Translations under genes and position numbers: made by a program
Notes under the pieces: model-generated
Databases searched by the model: none
Seen by the model: only the letters and a program-made list of their open reading frames with translations
What the model was told of the DNA's origin: nothing
Shown: positions 1 through 9,420 of the stretch, one piece after another
Layout of the letters: each line of letters opens with the position of its first letter
How positions within the stretch are numbered: position 1 is the stretch's first letter
Assembly: GCA_035295165.1 (NCBI GenBank)
Contig: DATGJN010000093.1
Span: 95-64,094, forward strand
Direction: 5' to 3'
DNA: 64,000 nt
Source of the DNA: a bacterium
GTDB taxonomy: Bacteria; Sysuimicrobiota; Sysuimicrobiia; Sysuimicrobiales; Segetimicrobiaceae

Positions 1-38
1 CATTATTGCTGAACTACTACATTTTTCGCGATCTTTCA

Positions 39-67
39 TTGACACAAACCGCCGCCGGGGCTATACT
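39..67 (+). promoter_or_regulatory. sigma-70/SigA-type promoter TTGACA-17 bp-TATACT, about 330 nt upstream of prkA
   Basis: A perfect -35 TTGACA (39-44) and a near-consensus -10 TATACT (62-67) with a 17-nt spacer, read directly from the sequence. It lies in the only AT-rich stretch at the window start. Confidence 0.4.
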
Positions 68-399
68 CGGCTCAAAGTTCGCAGCCCAACGTCGCAGTTA
101 TGCGTGCCACGTCCATTCATTGGGTCGGACCGGGACTATACGGCAGCGGACGACGGAGCGGCACCGAACCAAATATCGTGGTAGGGCGCGGCGGACCATG
201 AAGCCCGGCCGGGGAGCGTGTACGGCTCCTGTGCTGGGCTTCTGCGTTTTGTGTAACGCGGCACCGACCGCCGGAACGATGCATCGATGGCCGACGTACA
301 GTGGGGTAGATACTGAGTGGTCGGAGGTTCCGTGAACGGCAATCGCGTGGAGGTCTTGGGCCGTTCCGCGAAGCGGCGGGCGGCACCCTGCGGGATCGG

Positions 400-2073
400 G
401 TGAGCCGGATGGGCGAGATGACAACGGTCGAGACGTACCTGGCCGCGAGCCGGCGCGATCGGCGTCTGACGCGGACGACGCTCCACTACATCGCCGACAT
501 GATCGACTACTTCGGCAAGGCCCGCGTGTTCGAAGGCGTGTACGGGATGGATTCCCAGCTCGACGAGATCGTCAGCTTCTTTCGCGGGTACGCGATGAGC
601 ATGGAGCGGCGGCTGCTGCTCCTCGTCGGACCGCAGGGCTCCGGCAAGTCGATGACGGTGGACCGCCTCAAGCGCCGGCTCGAAGAGTACTCGCACAAGC
701 CGGACGGGGCGCTGTACGCGGTGGAGCGGTGCCCGTTCCACCAACACCCCTTCGACCTGATCCCGGCGGACGCGCGGGAGGCGGAAGGGCTCTGGTGGCA
801 CGAGGAAGCCGTGCCGTGTCCGGTCTGCGAGCAGACGGTCGCCGCGTGGGGCGGATGGCGGGCCGTACCGGTGCGGCAGATCTTCATCTCGGCGCGGGAC
901 AAGATCGGGGTGGCGAAGCACACGCCGACCGATCTCCGCCGTGAGGACATCACGAACTTTGTCGGCAACATCAACTTTGCGATGCTCAAGGAGCGCGGGT
1001 CCACCTACGATCCCGCGGCGTACGACTTCGAGGGCAAGGTGATCTGGGCCAACCGCGGGGTGCTCGATTGGACCGAGGTGTTCAAGAGCCGCCGCCAGCT
1101 GCTGTCGCTCCTGCTCGAGCTGATCCAGTCGAAGCGGATCGACCTGGCCAACTTTCCGACCGTCCACGTCGACTCCGTCGTGATCGGGCACACGAACTAC
1201 CCCGAGTACAACGTGTTCCTCTCCGAGGACATCATGGAGCCGCTCCGGGGGAGGATCCACAAGATCGACTTCCCCTACAACGTGGACGTGGGTGGCGAGA
1301 CGCGGATCTACCGGGGCCTGGTCGAGCGGGCGAATCGGGTTCGCGGGGAAGAGAAGCACGTTCCCTCGGACGTCTTCGACCTGGCGGCGACCTACGCGGT
1401 GAAGACCCGGCAGGAGTCGCAGGGCCTCAAAGGACTCTCTCCGCGCTTCTTTGAAGACGCGTTCTCGCTGGCCTATACTCGCGCCGGACGCTGCATCGAT
1501 CTCGAGGTGATCACCGACGCGATCGAGCAGACCTTTGCACACCAGTCGATCAAGGACCTCAACCAGAAGGACCTGTTGAAGCTGTTCGAAGAGACCAAGG
1601 TCGAGTTCATCAACAAGAAGGTCGACGTGATCGTGGAGGAGATCGTCCCGAGCCACTTCTACGACTACGCGCAGAATCTCTACCTGAACTACCTCGACGT
1701 CGCGGCCCGCAGCGTGCTCGGCGAGGCGCTGTCGGACAGTGAGAAGGAGCTGCTCGACGAACTGGAGGGCGTGCTCGTGCAGAAGCGCCAGATCAGCCGC
1801 CAGGGGCGCGTCGCGTTCGAGAACGTCTTGCTGGAACGGCGGGACGAGCTGCGCCGGATGAGCTACCGCGACAACGAGCACCTCGCGGGCGCGATCAACG
1901 AGGTCGTGTTCAACAAGATCAAGAACTGCCTGCGCCTCTACGAGAAGACCGAGGAGATGGACCAAAAGAGCCGCGACCTGCTGGACGTCCTGCAGCGCAG
2001 CGCCGTCGAGGAGCACGGGTACTGCCCGTCGTGCGCGCCGTCGCTGTTCAAGATCATCGGCCGGAGCTTCTAG
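400..2073 (+). CDS. prkA: PrkA-family serine protein kinase (AAA+ ATPase domain), YeaG/PrkA
   Basis: 557-aa ORF with a Walker-A motif GPQGSGKS and PrkA-like conserved blocks. It is followed by yhbH and spoVR homologs, matching the conserved yeaG-yeaH-ycgB / prkA-yhbH-spoVR operon. Confidence 0.88.
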   Translation: MSRMGEMTTVETYLAASRRDRRLTRTTLHYIADMIDYFGKARVFEGVYGMDSQLDEIVSFFRGYAMSMERRLLLLVGPQGSGKSMTVDRLKRRLEEYSHKPDGALYAVERCPFHQHPFDLIPADAREAEGLWWHEEAVPCPVCEQTVAAWGGWRAVPVRQIFISARDKIGVAKHTPTDLRREDITNFVGNINFAMLKERGSTYDPAAYDFEGKVIWANRGVLDWTEVFKSRRQLLSLLLELIQSKRIDLANFPTVHVDSVVIGHTNYPEYNVFLSEDIMEPLRGRIHKIDFPYNVDVGGETRIYRGLVERANRVRGEEKHVPSDVFDLAATYAVKTRQESQGLKGLSPRFFEDAFSLAYTRAGRCIDLEVITDAIEQTFAHQSIKDLNQKDLLKLFEETKVEFINKKVDVIVEEIVPSHFYDYAQNLYLNYLDVAARSVLGEALSDSEKELLDELEGVLVQKRQISRQGRVAFENVLLERRDELRRMSYRDNEHLAGAINEVVFNKIKNCLRLYEKTEEMDQKSRDLLDVLQRSAVEEHGYCPSCAPSLFKIIGRSF

Positions 2074-2092
2074 GGGACCCGGGGCGCGTGTC

Positions 2093-3235
2093 ATGAAGAT
2101 CCACCGCGGACGCATCGCCCAGTACAAGCACGATGCCCTGCTGCGGGACTATCTCAAGCAGAACCTGAACGACCTGATTCAGCAGAAAGAGCTGATCATC
2201 GACGGACGGGTGAAGACCCAGATCGCCACGCTGGATCTGCCGACCCTCAAATTCGGCGAGGACGCGCAGTTCCTGGCCCAGGGCGGGGGCGGCGGCGGCG
2301 CCGGGGCGGGCGGCGGTGCGCAGGGGGCCGGCGGCGAGCAGGTCCAGGCACTCGGCGGCTTGCTCGGCGGAGACCACCACGGCCGGGAGCTGACCGTCGA
2401 GCTGGACTTCGACGAGTTCGTCCGGTTGGCCCAGGAGGTGCTGCTCGACGAGCTCTGCCTGCCGACGTTCCACGAGCCCACCCGTTCCGGCGAGGTGGAG
2501 ACCCAGGACACGCCGGAGCTGGACGATCTGGACCGGATCGGGCTCCGGGCCGACCTGAACCTCGAGGAGACGATGGCGCAGAGCCTGCTGCGCAACGCCC
2601 GGGAGCGGGGGCAGCTGCAGTACGACGTGGATGTGCAGCAGGACGGGTGGTACTTCATTGAAGATCCCACGACGTTTCGGAACCACCGCTCCGTGGAGAT
2701 CTACGTCCTGGATATCTCCGGCTCGATGCGCGGCGAGTACCTCGCCCTCGTGCGCAAAACGATCTTCGTCCTCTGGCACTATCTCGAGCGGCGCTATCCG
2801 ACGAACCTCCGCCGGTACGTCGTCTTCCAGGACGTGGCCGAGGAGAAGGGGCGTGACGAGTTCTTCTGCGTGGAGTCGAGCGGCGGGACGCACATCAGCA
2901 CCGGGTTTCAGAAGGCGGTGGAGCTGCTGGCCGGGGTGACCGAGTACGACAAGTTCCTGTTCATCTTCACCGACGGGGAGACGAGTTCCGGCGACTTCGA
3001 CGTGGCGAAGCGCGCGTATGAGGAAGCGCTCGGCGCGTTCGATCTCGTCACCTACGGCCACGTGAACCCCGGCGGCCGGGGCGTCGGCGGCTTCAGCGAG
3101 CACGTCCAGGAGACGGTGCGGTCCCGCCAGGGCGCCATCTTCGCGAACCTCGTCGATCTCGAGACGATCCGCGCGACGATGCGGGAGTTTCTCGGCTTCT
3201 TCGATGCCCGGGCGGCCGCGGCGGCGCCGCAGTGA
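2093..3235 (+). CDS. YhbH/YeaH family protein (DUF444, vWA-like), stress/sporulation-associated
   Basis: 380 aa. The N-terminus resembles DUF444 and there is a Gly-rich linker and a vWA-like C-terminal part. It sits between prkA and spoVR and overlaps the spoVR GTG by 4 nt (GTGA). Confidence 0.8.
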   Translation: MKIHRGRIAQYKHDALLRDYLKQNLNDLIQQKELIIDGRVKTQIATLDLPTLKFGEDAQFLAQGGGGGGAGAGGGAQGAGGEQVQALGGLLGGDHHGRELTVELDFDEFVRLAQEVLLDELCLPTFHEPTRSGEVETQDTPELDDLDRIGLRADLNLEETMAQSLLRNARERGQLQYDVDVQQDGWYFIEDPTTFRNHRSVEIYVLDISGSMRGEYLALVRKTIFVLWHYLERRYPTNLRRYVVFQDVAEEKGRDEFFCVESSGGTHISTGFQKAVELLAGVTEYDKFLFIFTDGETSSGDFDVAKRAYEEALGAFDLVTYGHVNPGGRGVGGFSEHVQETVRSRQGAIFANLVDLETIRATMREFLGFFDARAAAAAPQ

Positions 3236-4410
3236 CCCGCGAGGGGACGGCGATGCTGAGCGAATACGAGCCGGTCATCCGCCGGTTGGAGGGGTTGGCC
3301 CACGACCGCGGCCTCGCGTTCGACCCCGTGATCTTCCAGATCACGGACAGCGACGCGATCGCGGAGGTCGCCAGCATGGGCCTCCCCAACCGGTTCATCC
3401 ACTGGTACTGGGGCGGGGCGTACAAGGAGCTCGTGACCCAGCAGAACAAGGAAGTGTTCACGATCCTCGAGCTGGTGCTCAACACGGCGCCGTCGCACGC
3501 GTTCTTGCGGAGCGCCAACACCTATCTGCAGAACGTGTTGGTGATCGCCCACGTCCTCGGCCACGCCGACTTCTTCGCGAACAACCACTGGTACCGCAAG
3601 TCCAACAAGAACATGCTGAACCACACCGAGCAGCACGCGCGCCTGATCCGGAGCTACGAGCTCCAGTACGGCCGCGAGCGCGTCGAGAAACTGCTCGACG
3701 CGCTGTTGACGGTGGCGACGTCGGTGAACGCGTTCGAGCGGAACCCGCAGGAGCGGCGGAAGCGCCTGATCTACTACCTGGAGGAGCGCGCGCCGCTCGA
3801 CGAGTTCGAGCGCGTGCTGCTGGACGCGATCTGCGAGGAGGCGGAGTACTTCGACCTCATCCAGCGGACACACCTGATCAACGAGGGCTGGGCGACGTTC
3901 ATCGAGGCCGAGCTGCTCACCCGGCTGCTGACCGCCCGCCAGTGGGCGAGCCTGTCCGTGCAGCTCTGCAACCGGCCGGCGCCGTACACGATCGGGTACA
4001 CGCTGTTCAAGCACGTGCGCGACCGCGAGGGGTTCGCGCGGGTGCTAGAGATCCGGCGGTTCTACGAGGACGTGAGCCTGATCGACGTCGCCCTGACGGC
4101 AGAGATGGTGCGGCGCCTCGATCTGTTTGTCTACGATCCCAAGGAGAAGCAGAAGAGCTACGACCTCCCGAAGGTCAAGGACATGCTGATCGCGCAGAAA
4201 CTGTACAAGGGAGAGCCGCGCGTGGAGGTGGACCCGGCGTCGCAGGGCCGGGACCTGCTCCTCGTGCATATGGACGAAGACCGCAAGCTCGAATCAAAGC
4301 GCGTCGGGCTGTTCCTGAAGGCCGTGTACGCGTTGTGGCGGAACCCGGTCAAGCTCCGTGCGAACGGCAAGGTGTACACGTACGACCGCCGAGGGCTCTC
4401 CTCGACGTAG
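3232..4410 (+). CDS. spoVR: SpoVR family protein (YcgB-like)
   Basis: 392 aa with SpoVR-like conserved blocks (HWYWGGAYKEL, HVLGHADFF). The start is either the GTG at 3232 (4-nt overlap with yhbH) or the ATG at 3253, which has a GAGGGGA RBS. Confidence 0.82.
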   Translation: MTREGTAMLSEYEPVIRRLEGLAHDRGLAFDPVIFQITDSDAIAEVASMGLPNRFIHWYWGGAYKELVTQQNKEVFTILELVLNTAPSHAFLRSANTYLQNVLVIAHVLGHADFFANNHWYRKSNKNMLNHTEQHARLIRSYELQYGRERVEKLLDALLTVATSVNAFERNPQERRKRLIYYLEERAPLDEFERVLLDAICEEAEYFDLIQRTHLINEGWATFIEAELLTRLLTARQWASLSVQLCNRPAPYTIGYTLFKHVRDREGFARVLEIRRFYEDVSLIDVALTAEMVRRLDLFVYDPKEKQKSYDLPKVKDMLIAQKLYKGEPRVEVDPASQGRDLLLVHMDEDRKLESKRVGLFLKAVYALWRNPVKLRANGKVYTYDRRGLSST

Positions 4411-4465
4411 GGACTCTGCTATAATTGGCGTGAATCGGACGCGGTGGGCGTTGCGGAGGCGGTCC

Positions 4466-4966
4466 ATGATCTGGATGAAGGTACGTACGGTGGCGATGGA
4501 CCAGCAGATGAACCCCGTCGTGCTGCTCGTCGATCAAGCCGAAACGCTCGCGCTGCCGATCTGGATCGGCACGCCGGAGGCGCAGTCGATCGCGCTCGAG
4601 CTGCAGGGCGTGAAGATGCCGCGGCCCATGACCCACGATCTGATCCGCGCGATGCTCACGCACCTCACCGTGAACGTGAGCCGCATCGTGGTGACCGATC
4701 TGCAGAACGGGACCTACTTCGCCGAGATCCACTTGACCCGGAACGGCGCGGACGTCGTCGTCGACTCGCGGCCGAGCGACGCGATCGCGCTCGCGCTGCG
4801 CACCGAGGCGCCGATCTACGTCGAGGAGAAGGTCGCCGCGACGGCGATCCCGCTGAAGAAGGCGTTCGACGAGCACGAGGTGGAGGAGTTCAAGAAGTTC
4901 CTGGACGGCGTCAAGCCCGCGGATTTCGAGAAGAAGCAAAAGGACCGCAAGCTGGAAGAATCGTAG
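4466..4966 (+). CDS. bifunctional nuclease family protein (DUF151/BFN)
   Basis: 166 aa from the ATG at 4466 (frame-checked). The sequence resembles the BFN/DUF151 family, with the motifs VVLLVD, PIWIG and HDL. Confidence 0.75.
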   Translation: MIWMKVRTVAMDQQMNPVVLLVDQAETLALPIWIGTPEAQSIALELQGVKMPRPMTHDLIRAMLTHLTVNVSRIVVTDLQNGTYFAEIHLTRNGADVVVDSRPSDAIALALRTEAPIYVEEKVAATAIPLKKAFDEHEVEEFKKFLDGVKPADFEKKQKDRKLEES

Positions 4967-4977
4967 CCCCGCCCCCC

Positions 4978-5724
4978 TCAGGCCATCACCACCCCGCCCG
5001 ACAGCACCAGCGTGTGCCCTGTCATGTACGCCGCGGCGTCCGACGCGAGGAACACGGCCGCGCGCGCGACCTCCTCGGGCCGGGCGAACCGGCGCAGCGG
5101 AATGCGGGATGTGATCTGCTCGCGCTCCGCGATCGTCCGGTCGGCCTGGAACGCGGTCTCGGTGTAGCCGGGCGCGATCGCGTTCACGCGCACGTGGGGC
5201 GCGAGGTCGCGCGCCAGGCACTTCGTGAGCATCAGCACGGCGGCCTTGCTGACGTTGTAGTGGAGCGGGCCGGAGCCCGGCTCGATGCCGCGCATCGACG
5301 CGATGTTGACGATCGCGCCGCCCCCGCCTTGCTTGATCATGACCTGCGCGGCGGCTCGGCCGGCGAAGAACGGCCCGGTCACGTGGACCGCCATCATCCG
5401 CGACCAGCGCGCTTCGTCGATCTGCCACAGCGTGGCCCGGTCCACGATCCCGGCGTTGTTGACGAGCACGTCCAATCGCCCGAACGCCTTCACCGACTTC
5501 GCGATCAGGCCCTGCGCCGCGGCCGGTTCGCCGACGTCGGCCTGCACGGCGACCGCCCGTCCGCCGCTCGCCACGATCGCCTCGGCCACGGCGCGCGCCT
5601 CCGCGATCGACCGGGCGGCGTTTACCACCACGGCCGAGCCCTCCCGCGCGAACGCCTGGGCGATCGCGCGTCCGATGCCGCGGCTCGCGCCGGTCACGAC
5701 GACGACGCTCTCCCGCAGCCGCAT
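4978..5724 (-). CDS. SDR family NAD(P)-dependent oxidoreductase (FabG-like 3-oxoacyl-ACP reductase)
   Basis: 248 aa with TGASRGIGRAIA (Rossmann TGxxxGxG), NNAG and YxxxK (YNVSKAA) motifs. Its start overlaps the upstream DUF402 stop by 1 nt (TGATG). Confidence 0.85.
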   Translation of the reverse strand: MRLRESVVVVTGASRGIGRAIAQAFAREGSAVVVNAARSIAEARAVAEAIVASGGRAVAVQADVGEPAAAQGLIAKSVKAFGRLDVLVNNAGIVDRATLWQIDEARWSRMMAVHVTGPFFAGRAAAQVMIKQGGGGAIVNIASMRGIEPGSGPLHYNVSKAAVLMLTKCLARDLAPHVRVNAIAPGYTETAFQADRTIAEREQITSRIPLRRFARPEEVARAAVFLASDAAAYMTGHTLVLSGGVVMA

Positions 5725-6230
5725 CAGGACGGCTTCGGCGCGGATGCCGGGGCGCCGCCGTGCGTGGTCCGCAGTGTCCTGGATGCGGCTTCGACGCTGC
5801 GGGCGACCTCACGATACTCGCGCAGCACGCGATCGCGTGCTGCGGCGATCTCGGGCAGCCGATCGGCGGCGCTCGCCGGCACGCGATCCTCGTCGAGCAC
5901 GCGGGCGCGCGCGTCCGGGGTCACGAGGACGTCCACCTCCAGATCCTCCCACTCCAGCCGCGCGTGCTCGATGCGGGGCGGGCCGCTGAGGTTGAAGTAG
6001 TAGGCGAGCGTGGTTCCGTCCGGAGCGATCCAGTGATAGACGTTGTAGGGCCGATCGGTCCAGTAGTATGCGACGGTGAGGGTGCCGGCGGGCAGCGTGA
6101 GACCGCCGACCGTCCCGGGCCGCTCGAGCGTGTACAGGAGCACCGCGCGGTCGGCCGTCATCTCCGCGGCGCGGCATGCGTACGTTTTGGTCTCCCCCGC
6201 GAGCGTGCGCTTGATCTCGAGGACCTGCAT
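5724..6230 (-). CDS. DUF402 domain protein
   Basis: ORF 5724..6422, taking the start at the internal ATG 6230 (MQVLEIK...). The fold resembles DUF402 (YYFNLSGP...EWEDLEVDVLV). The upstream part of the ORF is R/P-rich and unlikely to be coding. Confidence 0.55.
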   Translation of the reverse strand: MQVLEIKRTLAGETKTYACRAAEMTADRAVLLYTLERPGTVGGLTLPAGTLTVAYYWTDRPYNVYHWIAPDGTTLAYYFNLSGPPRIEHARLEWEDLEVDVLVTPDARARVLDEDRVPASAADRLPEIAAARDRVLREYREVARSVEAASRTLRTTHGGAPASAPKPS

Positions 6231-6447
6231 GCCCAGAGGATTCCAACCGCCGAACTCCTTCCCCTCCGTCGGCGGCGTGCCGGCGCGGTCTGACACGCGA
6301 CGCGGCGGGGCATGGTACCAAATGGACACCTGCGCCGCCCTCCGGGCGTCGGCAGGAGCACGGGTCGCCGGAACGAATAAGCAAACGAGGCAAGCCCGCA
6401 GGGTGGGTGTTCCGGCCCGCACTGAACACTACGTCGGGGGGGCGGGG

Positions 6448-7470
6448 TTGACGACGCGGCACCTGGGTCTTGTCCTGATCGCGTGTGGGTGCGCGGTGCT
6501 CGCTCCGCTGGTCCCGCGCGCGGACGCCGCGTCCACCTATACCGTCCGTCAGGGCGACAATCTCTGGACGATCGCCGCCCACCTGAAGGTGAATCTCCAG
6601 CAGCTTCTGTCCGCAAACCATCTCACGGCGACATCCATGATTCACCCGGGGGAACGGCTGCGTGTACCCGATGGTCCCGCGGCGCTTCCCGAACAGGGCG
6701 CGGCGGCCGCCACGGGGTACGAGGTCCGTCCGGGCGACACGCTGACGGGGATCGCCGCCCGTTTCGGCGTCGGCGTCCAGGCGCTCGTCGCCGCGAACCA
6801 TCTCTCGCTCGCCTCGACGATTCGACCCGGTCAACAGCTGGCCGTTCCCGGCGCGGTTGCTGCTGGCGCACCGGCGCCCGCTGTGACGAAGACCGCCGCC
6901 GTTCCGACGACGACCGCAGTCGTTCCGGCGAATGAGACGCCGCGGCAACCGGCGAACGTGGCCGCCGTCCAGGACGCTGTACCGGCACAGACCGAAGGCG
7001 CGGGATCTGAGACGGTGGCCGCGACCTCGACCTCCCGGGCCCCAGGGCGACCCGCGGTCAGAACCGCGCTCGCCCCGGTCCGCACGTCCCTGCCGTCCCG
7101 CGGCGCCGCGTTCACGTCGGGGGTGGTACGGACCGCGCTTCGCTTCCTCGGGCGCCCCTACCAGTGGGCCGGCATCGGGGACCGCGGGTTCGACTGCTCG
7201 GGGTTGGTGTTCCGCGTGTTTGCGGTGATGGGGCTCAGCCTGCCGCACTCTTCCTTCGATCTGTTCCGCGACGGGATCTCGGTGCCGCGCTGGGCGCTCT
7301 CTCCAGGCGACCTGGTCTTCTTCCATACGTACGGGTACGGTGCAAGCCACGTAGGCATCTACCTCGGCGCCGACCGGTTCGTGCACGCGTCCAGCGATCG
7401 CGGTGTGGTCGTGTCGTCGATGTCGGAGCCGTACTACTACTACCGCTACCTCGGGGCACGCCGGATCTAA
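6448..7470 (+). CDS. secreted LysM-repeat / NlpC-P60 family peptidoglycan hydrolase
   Basis: Signal peptide after a TTG start at 6448 (GGGGGG upstream). Two LysM repeats (YTVRQGDNLWTIAA, YEVRPGDTLTGIAARFG) and a C-terminal NlpC/P60 catalytic block (GFDCSGLV...HVGIYLG). Confidence 0.8.
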   Translation: MTTRHLGLVLIACGCAVLAPLVPRADAASTYTVRQGDNLWTIAAHLKVNLQQLLSANHLTATSMIHPGERLRVPDGPAALPEQGAAAATGYEVRPGDTLTGIAARFGVGVQALVAANHLSLASTIRPGQQLAVPGAVAAGAPAPAVTKTAAVPTTTAVVPANETPRQPANVAAVQDAVPAQTEGAGSETVAATSTSRAPGRPAVRTALAPVRTSLPSRGAAFTSGVVRTALRFLGRPYQWAGIGDRGFDCSGLVFRVFAVMGLSLPHSSFDLFRDGISVPRWALSPGDLVFFHTYGYGASHVGIYLGADRFVHASSDRGVVVSSMSEPYYYYRYLGARRI

Positions 7471-7539
7471 GCCGTCGTCGAGCACCCACGGTCATCCGAG
7501 CGGCGTGCGGCGCTCGGGATGGGCGGGTCTTCCCCCCGG

Positions 7540-8670
7540 TCACCCGGCGTAGGCGCAGGCGGGGTCGCTGGCCAGCGGATCGCCATAGCGCGCATACGCC
7601 CGCGCGCGGGATCCCCCGCAGCTCCCGGCGAATGCGCAGTGTCGGCATCGCCCCGAGAACTCCGACCGGCGGATTGCACGGAGCAGCGGATGGCGCCGGT
7701 AGATCTCCACCAGCGGGTCGGAGCGGACGTTGCCGAGCGACACCGGCAGGAAGCCCGACGGGTGCACGTCGCCATTGTACGCGACGAAGACGACGCCGTT
7801 CCCGTCGCGTGTGGCGACGCTCGGCGTCGCCGCCCCGCCGGCCGGCGAGCCGAGGAGATGACGCAGGCGTCGCGATAGGCGCGCGTACAGGGGCCCGAGG
7901 CGAAACGCGCCGGCGACATCATCCCCGAGGTATTCGCGCCGCTGCGCGGCCACGCGTCGGAAGAACGGGGCCTCGACGGTCCGCACCACGATCCCGAAGC
8001 AAGACGCGTCGACCAGGAAGTGGCACACGTCCTCGTGCTCGTTCGGGGAGATTTCCTCGCAGCTTGTTCCTCGGCCCACCGCGACGAGGAAGAACACTTC
8101 CCAGATCCGGACGCCCGTCGTCCGGAGGAACGCGCACACATCGGCGAGCTCCCCCACGTTGCGGCGCATCACGGTCGTGTTAATCTGCACCGCGAACCCT
8201 TGGGCGGCGAGGGTACCCGCCGCCCGGCGCGTCGCCTCGAAATGGCCGTGCACGCCCCGGATCGCCTCGTGGGTCTCGGCCCGGGCGCCGTCGAGACTGA
8301 TCGAGAGAGCGCGGACCCCGCGCGCGCGGACCTGATCGAGCAGCGCGGACGTGAGCCGCGGCGTCACCGACGGCGAGAGCGCCACCCGCACGCCGACGTC
8401 GGCGGCGTGGTCGAGAAGCGCGAGCAGGTCGCGCCGCATCAGGCAGTCCCCGCCGGTAAGAATCAGAATCGGGCTGGGCTCGCCGAACCGCGAGATCTCG
8501 TCGATGAGTGCCGTGCCCTCGGCCGTGGTCAGTTCATCCGGCAGCGGCTGGAGCATCGCCGATGCGCGACAGTGCCGGCAGGCGAGCGCGCAGGCCCGCG
8601 TCGTCTCCCAGAAGACAAGGAGCGGCCGTTGTGCGAAATCGAGGGATCCACCCGGTCCGCCTGGCTGCAT
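7540..8670 (-). CDS. radical SAM enzyme with C-terminal SPASM domain (peptide/cofactor-maturase-like), no obvious substrate gene
   Basis: CxxxCxxC radical SAM motif (TRACALACRHC) and a Cys-rich C-terminus (CRHCAFAGSC...DPAC) typical of SPASM. About 376 aa. No SD sequence is visible upstream. Confidence 0.82.
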   Translation of the reverse strand: MQPGGPGGSLDFAQRPLLVFWETTRACALACRHCRASAMLQPLPDELTTAEGTALIDEISRFGEPSPILILTGGDCLMRRDLLALLDHAADVGVRVALSPSVTPRLTSALLDQVRARGVRALSISLDGARAETHEAIRGVHGHFEATRRAAGTLAAQGFAVQINTTVMRRNVGELADVCAFLRTTGVRIWEVFFLVAVGRGTSCEEISPNEHEDVCHFLVDASCFGIVVRTVEAPFFRRVAAQRREYLGDDVAGAFRLGPLYARLSRRLRHLLGSPAGGAATPSVATRDGNGVVFVAYNGDVHPSGFLPVSLGNVRSDPLVEIYRRHPLLRAIRRSEFSGRCRHCAFAGSCGGSRARAYARYGDPLASDPACAYAG

Positions 8671-8693
8671 CACAGTTGAGCATAGGCGATCGC

Positions 8694-8725
8694 ATCCGGC
8701 GCCGGATATCGGGTTGAGACCCGAT
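8694..8725. promoter_or_regulatory. 14-bp perfect palindrome ATCCGGCGCCGGAT (8694-8707) plus an adjacent 6-bp-stem inverted repeat (8708-8725) in the divergent rSAM / CMD-gene intergenic region
   Basis: Read directly. The palindrome lies 24 bp upstream of the rSAM start codon, and the region is shared with the divergent AhpD-like gene. Confidence 0.3.
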
Positions 8726-8821
8726 TGCCGGCACCGACGAGCGCCTCGGCGCCGGACAAGGGAACCGTTGCTGCGGGAATGAAGACGACAGACGGCTCAC
8801 GCCGTCGCGGAGGCGAGACAG

Positions 8822-9352
8822 ATGGTCGTTCATCCGCTCGAGAAGGATCAAGCGCCCCCGGAGGCGCGCGCGATCTATGAGGCGATCGAACGGCAGGGCG
8901 GTCGCGCGTCCAACTTCATCAAGATCCTCGGGCATGCGCCGGCGATTCTCAAAGCGTTCCATGCGCTCAACGAGGCCGTCTTCGCGGAGGGAGCGCTGCC
9001 GGCCAAGCTCAAGGAGCTTGCGTTCCTGCGCACGTCCCTGCTCAACGGGTGCTACCGGTGCGCGCTGGCCCACAGCGCCTCCGCGAAACGGCGCGGGTAC
9101 ACGGACGAGCAGATCGCGGCGCTCAAGGAACCCCAGGGACGGCGGCGCGCCGATCTGTTCGATCCCGTGGAGATCGCCGTGCTCCGGTTCACGGATCTGC
9201 TGACGACCCGCCCCGGCAACGTGGATCCGAGCGACCTGGACGCGCTCGGTCGCCACCTCGCCGGGCCGCAGATCGTGGAGCTGGTCGCGACGATCGCCAC
9301 CGCGTCCTGGACCAATCGGATCAACGAGGGGTTGCTGACGCCTCCCGGATAG
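8822..9352 (+). CDS. carboxymuconolactone decarboxylase (CMD)/AhpD-like family protein
   Basis: 176 aa with the AhpD-like CxxC-containing core (CYRCALAH). Confidence 0.75.
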   Translation: MVVHPLEKDQAPPEARAIYEAIERQGGRASNFIKILGHAPAILKAFHALNEAVFAEGALPAKLKELAFLRTSLLNGCYRCALAHSASAKRRGYTDEQIAALKEPQGRRRADLFDPVEIAVLRFTDLLTTRPGNVDPSDLDALGRHLAGPQIVELVATIATASWTNRINEGLLTPPG

Positions 9353-9420
9353 CGCCCGGAGGCGTGCTGCGCGGGCGCCGGTCTCGAAGGGCCCGGCCTC
9401 GGGGCGCGCGGCGACTCCCC

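Noticed and set aside
136-2127. 663-aa ORF on the minus strand antisense to prkA. Similar very long antisense ORFs include 15017..18466 (-), 39568..43143 (+), 38738..41347 upstream part and 44515..45627 (+).
   Set aside because: They are typical spurious stop-free frames of a 70% GC genome. Their R/A/P/G-dominated composition is not protein-like. The opposite strand carries clearly conserved genes (prkA, the GGDEF protein, mfd, nadE).
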